From Candidatus Omnitrophota bacterium (GTDB lineage: Bacteria; Ratteibacteria; UBA8468; MWAK01), in assembly GCA_043826355.1 (NCBI GenBank), contig JBDRQI010000004.1, positions 64,001 to 128,000 on the forward strand: a stretch of 64,000 nt of DNA, given 5' to 3'. The notes under the pieces are model-generated. The model was not told where the DNA came from. It was given only the letters and a program-made list of their open reading frames with translations, and did no database searches. A program made the translations under genes and the position numbers. Positions 49,042-58,001 of the stretch are shown in pieces. Numbering within the stretch: position 1 is the first letter of the stretch; each line of letters starts with the position of its first letter.

Positions 49042-49065
49042 GATTATTTTATTAAATTGCGGTAG
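48721..49065 (+). CDS. Small GIY-YIG nuclease (UPF0213-like)
   Basis: 'YFVYIL', 'LYTGVTNDL.RRVWEHK', 'AIAREKQIKGW.R.KK' and 'NPGWKDL'. Confidence 0.92.
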   Translation: MPRQYFVYILTNKNNKVLYTGVTNDLSRRVWEHKEKLVDGFSKKYNLTKLVYCEETDKIEDAIAREKQIKGWLRKKKNILIESINPGWKDLLEEPKRDSSQKRLRMTDYFIKLR

Positions 49066-50090
49066 AAATTTACGGTACGGCGCGACAGGGAAAGCCCATA
49101 ATCACGCCAGAGGATAATTTTAATCTGCAAATCTGATATCTCCCCATTCTTTTCTTTGATAATCTTTCTAATCGCCTTCTTAATTTCTTCCCGCCGCCCC
49201 GGGAAAAAATTCTTAAGAAGGGCGGTTGTTCCGTCAGGAAGCCGGAGCGCCCTTTTTTTAATCGCACGGTTCAGAAGCGAAGGGGAAATCTCCAATTCCA
49301 GGCTTAACTGGCGCTGGGTCAAACTTTTCAGGTCCTCTTGCTGGCCGGACACAAGGAACCGTTCTTGTTTTTCCAGAAGAGACTGAAGGATAGCGTAAAT
49401 GATGTTGCGCCGGCTGTTAATCCACTGCAGGCGGGTAATTATTCGGTTCAGGTTTCTCTTGCGGCCCGAAGGGAGCGAATTTTTGAGTTGCTGAACCCTG
49501 GAACCGTCAATCAGGTACCTTCCCCGGCATAAATCAAAGTTCAGGTCCTCAATTATTAATCCCGCCTGGTTATGACCGATTGCGGCGATTATCCTCGTTC
49601 CTTCGGCATAAGGCGCCACCGGGGAAGGCATACCCGGGGCAAGTCCGGGAGCGGAAAAGTTATTGACAAAATCAGCAATTTTCTCAATCTCCTCTTTACT
49701 TAAGGCGGTTTCGTCTTCTATCTGTTTTACGGTATAGATTCTTTCCGGGACGAGGAAAAACCGCGTAAAATTCTCCCGGCCTGTTTTTTTAATCAGGGCG
49801 GCCGTTTCTTCGTCCACGGCGTCGGAAATAGCCGGGCGGGTATAAGAAACGTCTCCTTCTTTATAGCTGACTTTTCGAAAAAAAGCCGGGCTGACACCCG
49901 GGAACCGTTTACGCTTTACGCCGCCCCAGACGAGTAATTCGCGGAATAAGGGCTCGTTTTCCGTCTCTTTGACCGTTCGGGCAAAATCTTCTTCCGAACT
50001 TTCCAGGATTTGGGCCATCTTTAACCTGGCTCCTAATTTTACCCTTAAGACCGGTTTGAGTTCGCGTTTCTGTTTTAAGGTTTGTTGCAT
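49044..50090 (-). CDS. Short, divergent sigma54 (RpoN)-like protein (348 aa)
   Basis: Q/L-rich region-I-like start with 'ENEPL', 'KQERFL..G...LKSLT...L.ISPS.LNR', 'LKNFF', 'SDLQI' and RpoN-box variant 'SRRTVNFYR'. Confidence 0.7.
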   Translation of the reverse strand: MQQTLKQKRELKPVLRVKLGARLKMAQILESSEEDFARTVKETENEPLFRELLVWGGVKRKRFPGVSPAFFRKVSYKEGDVSYTRPAISDAVDEETAALIKKTGRENFTRFFLVPERIYTVKQIEDETALSKEEIEKIADFVNNFSAPGLAPGMPSPVAPYAEGTRIIAAIGHNQAGLIIEDLNFDLCRGRYLIDGSRVQQLKNSLPSGRKRNLNRIITRLQWINSRRNIIYAILQSLLEKQERFLVSGQQEDLKSLTQRQLSLELEISPSLLNRAIKKRALRLPDGTTALLKNFFPGRREEIKKAIRKIIKEKNGEISDLQIKIILWRDYGLSLSRRTVNFYRNLIK

Positions 50091-50113
50091 AATAAAATCG
50101 GCTACTATTCTTT

Positions 50114-50226
50114 TGTTATTCTGAACGCACTCTGTGTCATTCTGAGCGATAGCGAAGAATCTCGTTGTTAAAGATAGACCCTTCACGGAGTTTACCCTCG
50201 AGCAACGCGAAGGGTTCAGGATGACA
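50114..50226. repeat. GTCAT-type palindromic cluster
   Basis: GTCATTCTGAGCGATAGCGAAGAATCT..TTCAGGATGACA. Shares the CGGAGTTTACCCT..GAGC..CGAAGGG insert with 25428-25456. Confidence 0.85.
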
Positions 50227-50231
50227 GAGGA

Positions 50232-52484
50232 CTACGCTGATGGCAAATTGCTGAGAAATATTTCCACCAGGCGCGGGTCAAAGTTTTTGCCGGCTCCGTC
50301 CCTAATTATACGCAACCCTTCTTCAACCGATACGGCCTCTTTGTAACAACGCTTGGAACAGACCGCATCAAAGACGTCCGCCACTGCGGCAATGCGTCCG
50401 TAAAGCGGAATCTCCTCGCCGGCTAAACTGCGGGGATATCCGGAACCATCATAGCGTTCATGGTGGCATAAGGCCACGATTTCCGAGGCCTGCAGGATAA
50501 CCGAGGTTGATTTGGAAAGAATCTGGGCGCCGATGGTGGTGTGGGTTTGGATAATCTTTCGTTCTTCCGGTGTCAGCGGACCCGGCTTCAGCAGGATGTG
50601 GTCCGGAATGCCTATTTTACCGATGTCATGCATCGGTATCGCGTTTCGGATTAAATCCACCTCGTAATCCGGCAGGCCTAACCCGAAAGAGATGATGGTG
50701 GCATAGTCCCGAATGCGGTTGATATGTTCGCCGGTTTCCCGGTCCCGGTATTCTACCGACATCGCCAGCCGGATAATCGTATCAAGGTGCGCGTCTCTCA
50801 AGGCCAGGCCGAGGTTGGCGTTCTGGATAGCCACGATTGTCTGGAGCGACATAATGGTTGCCAGCTGGATATCTTGCTGGGTGAAGTAGGCGGAAGGGGA
50901 GAAGAGAGTGGGTTTTTTGTTTAAAAGGATGATGACCGCGCAAACTTCTTTTCCGGAGATTACAGGCAGGGACAGGATATTAGTTATATTCCTGCCCAGG
51001 GAACGAATCAAGGGGTTGCGGCTTAAGGATACCCGGTTGCAAAAGAGGGGTTTTTTCCCGGAAGTTGTCATTTCGGCAATTTTGACCAGCGTTTTTCGGT
51101 TTGTCTCTACCGCGCCAAAACTGGTCAGCGGCGTGAGGTCTTTTTCTTTTGATTTGCGCGTGAACATCGTGGCCGAAGAGGCGCCCATGGAAGAGGAAAA
51201 GATGCGTAACGCCATTTGAGGGGTCTGATTCATCAGTCGCAGGTCTTCACTCATCTTCGGCGATTTCTCTCCGGATTCGGTCAGGGGAGAGAAAGGGCTG
51301 ATCAGGGCAGTTATTTCGGTCTCCTGCCGGTGCACGGCGGAGAGCGATTGTTTTCTCTGCTGGATAGCCCGGTGCCGGCCCACGACGAGGGAACTGACGT
51401 AGTCGCTAAAAACGAGCGCGGCCAACGGAACAACCTCCAGGATTACATGCTCCTTCCGGAAAAAGAGGAAAGAACCGCCGATAACCAGGAGCAGAAAAAT
51501 AAAGGCAACGGTTAAATCAATTGAAATCCGGGTGTTGAAGAGGGAAAAGCCCAGCATCAATCCGAAAATGAGCAGGAGAAGAAGAGTCCAGCCCGCGGCC
51601 GGACGGACGATGAAGCTCCGGGTGAGGATGGTGTTGATGGCGCTTGTTTCAACCAGGACGCCGAACTGATAACCGAAAGGCGTGGGCGCCAGGTCCGCGT
51701 TCTTTAATCCCTGAATGGTTTGTCCCACCAGGACGATTTTATCGCGAAAGGCATCCGGGGGATAATTGTGCTTCAGGACCTTGCTGAAGGCGAAAAAATT
51801 CGGTGAACCGGCTATCGTTTCCGGACGCAGGTAACTGATATAATACCGCCCTTTATTATCCAGTGGCAGGGTTCTCAGGGTTTCGGGGATGGTCCGGCCT
51901 TTCCGGTATAGGCGGACGGCGCTGATGGCCAGGTGGGGATAGGTTTTACCTTGGTAACTTATGTTGGCCGGAACGGTCCGGACAATCTGGTCTTCATCCG
52001 CAAGGATGTTGATATGTCCCTGTCCCGCGGAGACGTTCTCCAGGTCCGGAAAGTTACCCTGAATCCGTTCCACCGGGTAGGTATCATCGTAACTTCTCTC
52101 CGCCGGGTTGAGGGCTCCGGGTGAAAAGACCGGCAGGATTACGTTGCCGGCCTCTTTTACCGCCCGGATTAAGGCCTCGTCTTCAAGTTTGTCCTGGCGC
52201 TGGGGGAAGAAGACGTCAAAGACGATAACCCGGGCGCCGGCCCGGGAAAGGGTGGAAATAAGGTCAGCATATTGAACCCGGGACGGAGAGTTACCTAACT
52301 CTCCTAAACAACCCTGGGTAACACCAACGACGGCGAGCGAATCGGAAAAACGAACTTGTCGGTGGTTGTGGAAACGAAGGTCAAGGGTGATTAATTCCAA
52401 CCGTTCCCAGAAACCGGAGAGGAAGAGAATCCCGATGACAACGGACAGAACTGTGGAGATTAAAATTGCAGGCAGTCGGCGCAT
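50232..52484 (-). CDS. CHASE2-TM-GAF-HD-GYP membrane phosphodiesterase
   Basis: CHASE2 motifs ('DLRF', 'GARVIVFDVFF', 'D.DQIVR', 'FRDKIVLVG', 'TPFG'), 3 TMs, 'RDRETGEH', 'MHDIGK' and 'HHERYDGSGYP'. Confidence 0.9.
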   Translation of the reverse strand: MRRLPAILISTVLSVVIGILFLSGFWERLELITLDLRFHNHRQVRFSDSLAVVGVTQGCLGELGNSPSRVQYADLISTLSRAGARVIVFDVFFPQRQDKLEDEALIRAVKEAGNVILPVFSPGALNPAERSYDDTYPVERIQGNFPDLENVSAGQGHINILADEDQIVRTVPANISYQGKTYPHLAISAVRLYRKGRTIPETLRTLPLDNKGRYYISYLRPETIAGSPNFFAFSKVLKHNYPPDAFRDKIVLVGQTIQGLKNADLAPTPFGYQFGVLVETSAINTILTRSFIVRPAAGWTLLLLLIFGLMLGFSLFNTRISIDLTVAFIFLLLVIGGSFLFFRKEHVILEVVPLAALVFSDYVSSLVVGRHRAIQQRKQSLSAVHRQETEITALISPFSPLTESGEKSPKMSEDLRLMNQTPQMALRIFSSSMGASSATMFTRKSKEKDLTPLTSFGAVETNRKTLVKIAEMTTSGKKPLFCNRVSLSRNPLIRSLGRNITNILSLPVISGKEVCAVIILLNKKPTLFSPSAYFTQQDIQLATIMSLQTIVAIQNANLGLALRDAHLDTIIRLAMSVEYRDRETGEHINRIRDYATIISFGLGLPDYEVDLIRNAIPMHDIGKIGIPDHILLKPGPLTPEERKIIQTHTTIGAQILSKSTSVILQASEIVALCHHERYDGSGYPRSLAGEEIPLYGRIAAVADVFDAVCSKRCYKEAVSVEEGLRIIRDGAGKNFDPRLVEIFLSNLPSA

Positions 52485-52512
52485 CCAGAAGTTATTACCG
52501 CAAACAGTCTAT

Positions 52513-53526
52513 TTAGAGATGAGTCCACCACCACTTAAGCCATTTCCAAAAATCAGTGGAAGAGTTATAGGGATTGGTGGTGTTGGGAAGTGTGGTCGCG
52601 GCGACAGGTTTTTTTTTGATATAGTTTTTTACCGTAATTGGTCCATCTGTTGCGTCAATGGTAAACTGCGTCTTTGCAGTGACCGGTTTGAAAGCAGTCG
52701 TCCCTTCGGATTTCTCCCCGTTGTTTTGCACTTCAGCCAGGACTTTTCCTTCGGCGCAGTTTATTTCAGTACTGCAGAGCGCTAAGTTTGAAGATGCAGA
52801 ATAAATCCACTGGACCGTTACCGTAAATTTGGTGCCGGCAACCCCGGTAATAAGGGAAGGGGTGAGAACATCAAATTGAGAGGGAAAACCGACCGGGTGG
52901 GTTACCGTCAGATCGCCGGTAGCCCCCTCCGGAATGCTGATGGCGCTGTAGATTTGTTTATTCTGGTCCACGGTGGAGAGCATTATTCTGACCGGGAGAG
53001 TGCCGTTGATGACAACCCTGGTTCCATCTTCAAAAAGGAGTTCGCCGCCAATGACAGGTTCTCCTTGGTTTATCGGCGAACCATTCCACAGGATTTTACA
53101 TGCGCGGGCGATATTAAACTGCGGCCATCCAAATAAGGCGATGGTTTTATCGGCGTGCCTCGGGCAGCCCAGGAAGAGTTTCTGGGAATTGGTGAGCGCC
53201 CGGGGTAAATAAAACGGGCCATAGCTATCAGGGTCAGTCGTGCGGTCTGCCGGACATTTAAAGACTCCGGCGGTTGTGATATAACCCGAATTTTGGAGGA
53301 GCGGATAAATTTGGTTCGGCGTCGCCTTGTAATCGGAATGATACATCTGGATTGCCGCGGCAATCTGTTTCAGGTTGCTTAAACAGAGCACGCTTTTGGC
53401 GGACGTTTTTACTCTCAGCAGGACGGTAGTGACCAATCCGGCTAAGACCACGATAATTCCGAAAATGACCAGTATTTCGGTCAGGGTAAATCCCGACTTT
53501 CCGCTTTCCCGTTTTCTGATAACCAT
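52513..53526 (-). CDS. Prepilin-type protein with C-terminal FecR-like domain
   Basis: KSG|FTLTE, 'CLSNLKQI' and 'FKCPAD'. C-terminal 'FDVLTPSLITGVAGTKFTV...EGKV' resembles FecR. Confidence 0.7.
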   Translation of the reverse strand: MVIRKRESGKSGFTLTEILVIFGIIVVLAGLVTTVLLRVKTSAKSVLCLSNLKQIAAAIQMYHSDYKATPNQIYPLLQNSGYITTAGVFKCPADRTTDPDSYGPFYLPRALTNSQKLFLGCPRHADKTIALFGWPQFNIARACKILWNGSPINQGEPVIGGELLFEDGTRVVINGTLPVRIMLSTVDQNKQIYSAISIPEGATGDLTVTHPVGFPSQFDVLTPSLITGVAGTKFTVTVQWIYSASSNLALCSTEINCAEGKVLAEVQNNGEKSEGTTAFKPVTAKTQFTIDATDGPITVKNYIKKKPVAATTLPNTTNPYNSSTDFWKWLKWWWTHL

Positions 53527-53546
53527 ATTACCCCCCGATACCTCAG

Positions 53547-53591
53547 TATGACAGCGTAGGACAGGCGTCCCGCCTGTCCTACGCTGTCATA
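53547..53591. repeat. Perfect 21-bp-stem palindrome (GTAG family 2)
   Basis: TATGACAGCGTAGGACAGGCG-TCC-CGCCTGTCCTACGCTGTCATA. Related cores at 16439, 39912 and 60879. Confidence 0.9.
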
Positions 53592-53637
53592 TATTGGTTC
53601 AATCCTGTTTATTATTTGTTTTTCCATACTATTAATA

Positions 53638-53666
53638 CTTATACCCTAAATTTTTTATATTGTCAA
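53638..53666 (-). promoter_or_regulatory. Sigma70-type promoter for the pilin-FecR/CHASE2 genes
   Basis: TTGACA-N17-TATAAG on the minus strand. Confidence 0.6.
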
Positions 53667-53686
53667 TACGCCATTCCGGTTTCATT

Positions 53687-54187
53687 TCAATCCTGGAAAT
53701 CGGAATAACCGGAATGCCAGGTGATGTCGGTGTTAAGACCGGTTCCCCCGGGCAGTTTATCCGCGCCATAGCTCTTAATGGTGTAGGTTTTTTCATCGGG
53801 GGCTAATTCCAGTTCGTAAGAATTGTCCCAGGGGTCCGTAAAATTGCTTTTCAGGTAAGGTCCTCTCCAGGTTTTACTGTATTTTACCGCCGGCGCAATT
53901 AGTGAATTAAGGTATTGCAGGTCATCAACGTAATAGCCGGTATCGTATTTTTCCATCTCCATGGCCATTGAGATTTGAATTATTTCCGTCTTTACCTGGG
54001 CGATATTGGCCCACGTTTCAACCCGGGAAATCATCACAACTGATGTGGTGGCCAGCAGCAGAATGATGATGCTTGCCACCAGTAATTCCAGCGCGGTAAA
54101 GCCGCGTTGTGAGTTCAACGTTTTAGGATTGGATTCCCGCCCGATACATGCGGGAATGACAGCGTGTTTATTGTTTAGTTGGGCCAT
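53687..54187 (-). CDS. GspG-like pseudopilin
   Basis: QRG|FTALE, 'WRGPYL', 'DPWDNSY' and 'SYGADKLPGG.G...DI'. Confidence 0.85.
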   Translation of the reverse strand: MAQLNNKHAVIPACIGRESNPKTLNSQRGFTALELLVASIIILLLATTSVVMISRVETWANIAQVKTEIIQISMAMEMEKYDTGYYVDDLQYLNSLIAPAVKYSKTWRGPYLKSNFTDPWDNSYELELAPDEKTYTIKSYGADKLPGGTGLNTDITWHSGYSDFQD

Positions 54188-54794
54188 TGTTATCCGAAAC
54201 AGGTTTGGAAAGGGCAGGGTCTATTAAAGTTAGCGCCGCATTCAGCGCTTCACGGCTGGCAAATAATTTCTGCTTGTTCGCTTCATCCGTAACTTCAAAC
54301 CGGCTCAGGAGTTCGGATGCTTCTTTAATCTGAGCCGCCAGCTGAAGATAACGGTCTTTTTCAAAAGAAAGCAGCAGGTTGAAATCCTTGATAATATCTT
54401 TTAAAAAATCATGATTTCTAACCTGGATGTTTTCCGGCCATAAACCCCGGGTTATTTCGGCCATCGTTTTGCGGAGACGGTAGGCGGGTCCGGCGATACG
54501 GTGCGACAGGAATATCTGAAGCCACGCCATTATAAGGAGCAGAACTAATCCCGGAATGGCCAGCGTCCAGAATAAACGTGAATTTACATTATGAAGTATT
54601 TGCGGTAATTGGGTTTCCCGGGAAATCTGGTCTAAGATCAGGGACCAGATTGTATAATAGGTGACCAGCCAGGCGATTATCATGCCGACGCCAATCGCCC
54701 AGACAATGAATCCGGAATAAGCCATTTGCAGGGGGCGGTTGACCAGGTACCGCCTTCGTAACAACGGCGGTTTTTTAAAATCTTTAGTTTTCAT
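54168..54794 (-). CDS. Two-TM HAMP-like membrane protein
   Basis: AAGGAGG RBS, two TM helices and 'SHRIAGPAYRL...VRNHD'. Confidence 0.65.
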   Translation of the reverse strand: MKTKDFKKPPLLRRRYLVNRPLQMAYSGFIVWAIGVGMIIAWLVTYYTIWSLILDQISRETQLPQILHNVNSRLFWTLAIPGLVLLLIMAWLQIFLSHRIAGPAYRLRKTMAEITRGLWPENIQVRNHDFLKDIIKDFNLLLSFEKDRYLQLAAQIKEASELLSRFEVTDEANKQKLFASREALNAALTLIDPALSKPVSDNNGPTKQ

Positions 54795-54860
54795 GATGCC
54801 TCCTTTTTCCTGCAACGACAATTTAAGGTTATATCAATAATATATCAGACTTGTAATTCT

Positions 54861-56126
54861 TCAAGTGAGTGCTGGTTCATTAAAGAGGCAGATTCTATTT
54901 TTTCCTTTGGATTTTGCCTGGAACAAAGCCTGGTCCGTTTTTTCCGCAAGGCGGTCCGGGTCCGGGGCATTGTCCGGAAAAGAAGCGATTCCGATCGACA
55001 GGGTTAGTTTGGTGAAGCCGTTTCGGGTCGGGAAGGAATAATTGCTTACGGCATCTTTAACCCGCTGGGCGACATTTTTTGCGTTTCCGGCATCTGTTTG
55101 AGATAGGAGATAGATAAACTCGTCGCCGCCGTAACGGGCGACGACATCTATTTTACGCAGGGCGTTTTTGACGAGTTCGCCGATTTTTTGCAGGGCGTCA
55201 TCTCCCAGATGGTGTCCGTTGCTGTCCACGTAATTTTTAAAATTGTCAATATCGGAAAGCATTAGCGAAAAAGGAAACGAGAACCTTTTTGCCCGGTTGA
55301 ACTCTTCCTCAAGCCGACGATAAAAGAACCGGCGGTTATAAAGTTTCGTAAGCGGGTCGGTGAGGGAAAATTCCTCCATTTTCTGGTGCAGAATGCTGTT
55401 TTCCAGCGAGGCAGCCATCTGGCGGCAGAGGATTTCCATGGTTTCGTTTTTTTCTTTCGGGATTTCCGCATCCAGAACCAGGAAGCCCAAAAATCTTTTT
55501 TCGGTCAGCAGGTTTATTATTTGAAGGTTTTGCCAGGTGGACGCTTCGCTATTTTCGACGTTTCGAAAAGTTTGTTTGTTCAGGCTTAAGAGAAGCGCTT
55601 TGTCTATCTGATCAAAAAACCGTTCTTCTTTCAAATGTCCGCTGATTATTTCCGCTGCCTTTTTGTTGGTATGATAGGTAACCGCGACCTCCTGTTTTTC
55701 GTTGTCCGGATAGAGCAGTATAAACCCCCTTTTTATCGGTAAAAGGCAAATCAGCCCGGCGAAACCGCCCCGGATTATTCTTTTTGAATTCAAAGACTTG
55801 GAAATTTTCTGGCTGGTCATTAGCAGGAGACTCAGGTTGCTGTTGCGCTCTTCCAATTCCTTTTTTAACAGAAGGTTTTTTTTAGCTTCATATTCCACAA
55901 CCAGGAAGAAGAGGTAAAGAAAAAACGCCACCAATGCCAGGAAAGGGAAGAACTGTTTGAGCAGAAAAAAAATTGTTTCGTTGGGGAAGAACCACGCAAT
56001 CAGCATGATAATGAATATTTCAATGCAAATTACGATTAAATATCTGGCAAAACGGTAGTATAATGGAAGGAGGTGGGGGGTTGACCGTATTCTTCTTTTT
56101 AACAATAAAACCGGCGTTTTTTTCAT
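54861..56126 (-). CDS. Membrane GAF-GGDEF diguanylate cyclase
   Basis: 'TDPLTKLYNRR', 'DIDNFK', 'GH..GD', I-site 'RKID' and 'RYGGDEF'. Confidence 0.92.
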   Translation of the reverse strand: MKKTPVLLLKRRIRSTPHLLPLYYRFARYLIVICIEIFIIMLIAWFFPNETIFFLLKQFFPFLALVAFFLYLFFLVVEYEAKKNLLLKKELEERNSNLSLLLMTSQKISKSLNSKRIIRGGFAGLICLLPIKRGFILLYPDNEKQEVAVTYHTNKKAAEIISGHLKEERFFDQIDKALLLSLNKQTFRNVENSEASTWQNLQIINLLTEKRFLGFLVLDAEIPKEKNETMEILCRQMAASLENSILHQKMEEFSLTDPLTKLYNRRFFYRRLEEEFNRAKRFSFPFSLMLSDIDNFKNYVDSNGHHLGDDALQKIGELVKNALRKIDVVARYGGDEFIYLLSQTDAGNAKNVAQRVKDAVSNYSFPTRNGFTKLTLSIGIASFPDNAPDPDRLAEKTDQALFQAKSKGKNRICLFNEPALT

Positions 56127-56138
56127 TTTTGCAATCCC

Positions 56139-57797
56139 TTATTTTACCACGGCGCCCTGAGCCGCGGAACTGACCGCCCGGCTGTAACGATAAAGATAAC
56201 CCTCCCTGACTTTTGGTTCCCTGGGCTTCCAGGATTTCCTCCGTTTTTCCAGTTCCGTGTCGGAAACGTTGAGATTCAGCCGTCTTTGAGGGAGGTCGAT
56301 TTCAATTATATCATTGTCAATTACCAGCGTGCAAGGGCCGCCGGCCGCCGCTTCCGGTGAAACGTGGCCGATAGCCAAGCCGCGGGTTCCGCCGGAAAAC
56401 CTTCCGTCGGTAAGAAGCGCTATTTTGTCATCTCTTCCGGCACCGACCAGGGCGCTGGTTACCGAAAGCATTTCCCGCATTCCCGGACCGCCTTTTGGGC
56501 CTTCGTAACGGATAACTATAACACTCCCGTCTTTGATTTGATTTTTCAAAACCGCATCCAACGCTTCTTCTTCGTCGTTAAAGACCCGGGCCGGCCCGGT
56601 GTGCGTAAGATGGGTTTCGTTAACCGCAGACTGTTTTACAACCGCTCCTTCCGGCGCCAGGTTTCCGAAAAGGATGGCGATGCCGCCTTCGCGGCGGTAA
56701 GGATTTTCAATTGGCCGGATGACTTCCGGGTCAGCGACTTTTGAACGGGCGGCAATTTCTCCGATTGTTTTTCCGGTAACGGTCATCGCCGTGAGGTCAA
56801 GAAGGTTCGTTTTTGCCAATTCCGAAAGGACCGCCGGTATCCCGCCGGCCTGGTCCAAGTTTTCCATCCGGTGCGCGCCGGACGGTGAGATATGACAGAG
56901 ATTGGGGGTTTTTTTGCTGATTTGGTCAAATTCGGTGAGGGAAAGGTTAATGCCGGCTTCGGCGGCAATTGCGGGAAGATGTAAAACGGTATTGGTTGAT
57001 GCGCCCAAAGCCATATCCAGGACGATGGCGTTGGTGAAAGCAACCGAATTGGCAATTTCCCTGGGTTTTTTGTTTCCCCGCACCAGTTCCATCACCTTTA
57101 TTCCGGCTTCTTTTGCCAGGCGAATCCGGCGGCTGTCAACCGCGGGAATGGTGCCGTTGCCGGGTAAACCCAGGCCAAGTCCTTCGGTCAAACAGTTCAT
57201 GGAGTTGGCCGTAAACATACCGGCGCAGGAACCGCAACCCGGGCAGGCGACTTCTTCCAGGGCTTTAAGCTCCCCGTCGGTTATTTTTTCAATGCTTCGC
57301 TGGCCTACCGCTTCAAAGACGGAAATTAAATCAACCTTTTTGCCCCGGAAGGTTCCGGCCAGCATCGGTCCGCCGCTGACCACGAGACCCGGGATGTTCA
57401 CCCGCAGCAGAGCCATTAACATGCCCGGGATTATTTTGTCGCAGTTGGGAACCAGGACCAGTCCGTCAAAGGGGTAGGCCCGGGCCATAATTTCTACACT
57501 GTCGGCAATAATTTCCCGGGAAGCAAGGGAATATTTCATGCCCGCGTGACCCATGGCGATGCCGTCGCAGACACCGATGGTCCGGAACTCAAAAGGGGTG
57601 CCGCCGGCCAGATATATTCCGCTTTTAACCGCCGCGGTGATCAGGTCCAGGTGCTGGTGGCCCGGCACCAGTTCATTTCCGGAATTGGCGACGCCGATTA
57701 ACGGACGGCTTAGTTCCTCTTCGGTATAGCCAAGTGCTTTAAAAAGCGAACGGTGAGGTGCAAAACGATAGTCATCTTTCAGGATATCACTGCGCAT
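56139..57797 (-). CDS. ilvD: Dihydroxy-acid dehydratase
   Basis: 'VCDGIAMGH', 'NCDKIIPG', '[12 protein letters not shown]', '[12 protein letters not shown]' and 'TDGRFSG'. Confidence 0.97.
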   Translation of the reverse strand: MRSDILKDDYRFAPHRSLFKALGYTEEELSRPLIGVANSGNELVPGHQHLDLITAAVKSGIYLAGGTPFEFRTIGVCDGIAMGHAGMKYSLASREIIADSVEIMARAYPFDGLVLVPNCDKIIPGMLMALLRVNIPGLVVSGGPMLAGTFRGKKVDLISVFEAVGQRSIEKITDGELKALEEVACPGCGSCAGMFTANSMNCLTEGLGLGLPGNGTIPAVDSRRIRLAKEAGIKVMELVRGNKKPREIANSVAFTNAIVLDMALGASTNTVLHLPAIAAEAGINLSLTEFDQISKKTPNLCHISPSGAHRMENLDQAGGIPAVLSELAKTNLLDLTAMTVTGKTIGEIAARSKVADPEVIRPIENPYRREGGIAILFGNLAPEGAVVKQSAVNETHLTHTGPARVFNDEEEALDAVLKNQIKDGSVIVIRYEGPKGGPGMREMLSVTSALVGAGRDDKIALLTDGRFSGGTRGLAIGHVSPEAAAGGPCTLVIDNDIIEIDLPQRRLNLNVSDTELEKRRKSWKPREPKVREGYLYRYSRAVSSAAQGAVVK

Positions 57798-57819
57798 AAT
57801 ATCTCCTCTTTTTTAACGT

Positions 57820-57997
57820 TGTCATCCCCGTATGTGGCCGGTCAGGTCGGCCAGACTTCGTCCAGACGAGCCCAGGCTTCGCCGAGGCGAGCTTCGCCTC
57901 GTCAGAGTGCGCCGAAGTCTCAGGCGTCGCCCAGGCGAGTAAACGGGGATCCAAACCGAAAATAAATGGATTCCCGCTTAATACACGCGGGAATGAA
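57820..57997. repeat. GTCATyCCCG-type palindromes, one with a nested GC-rich insert
   Basis: GTCATCCCCG..[~100 bp]..CGGGGATCCA plus inverted GGATTCCCGC..GCGGGAATGA. Relatives at 39808 and 54131. Confidence 0.75.
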
Positions 57998-58001
57998 TCA
58001 A

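Noticed and set aside
56902..57477. Long antisense ORFs (also 29546-30217, 44256-44846, 35001-35483, 6452-7045)
   Set aside because: They are shadows of well-supported genes on the opposite strand and carry no motifs.
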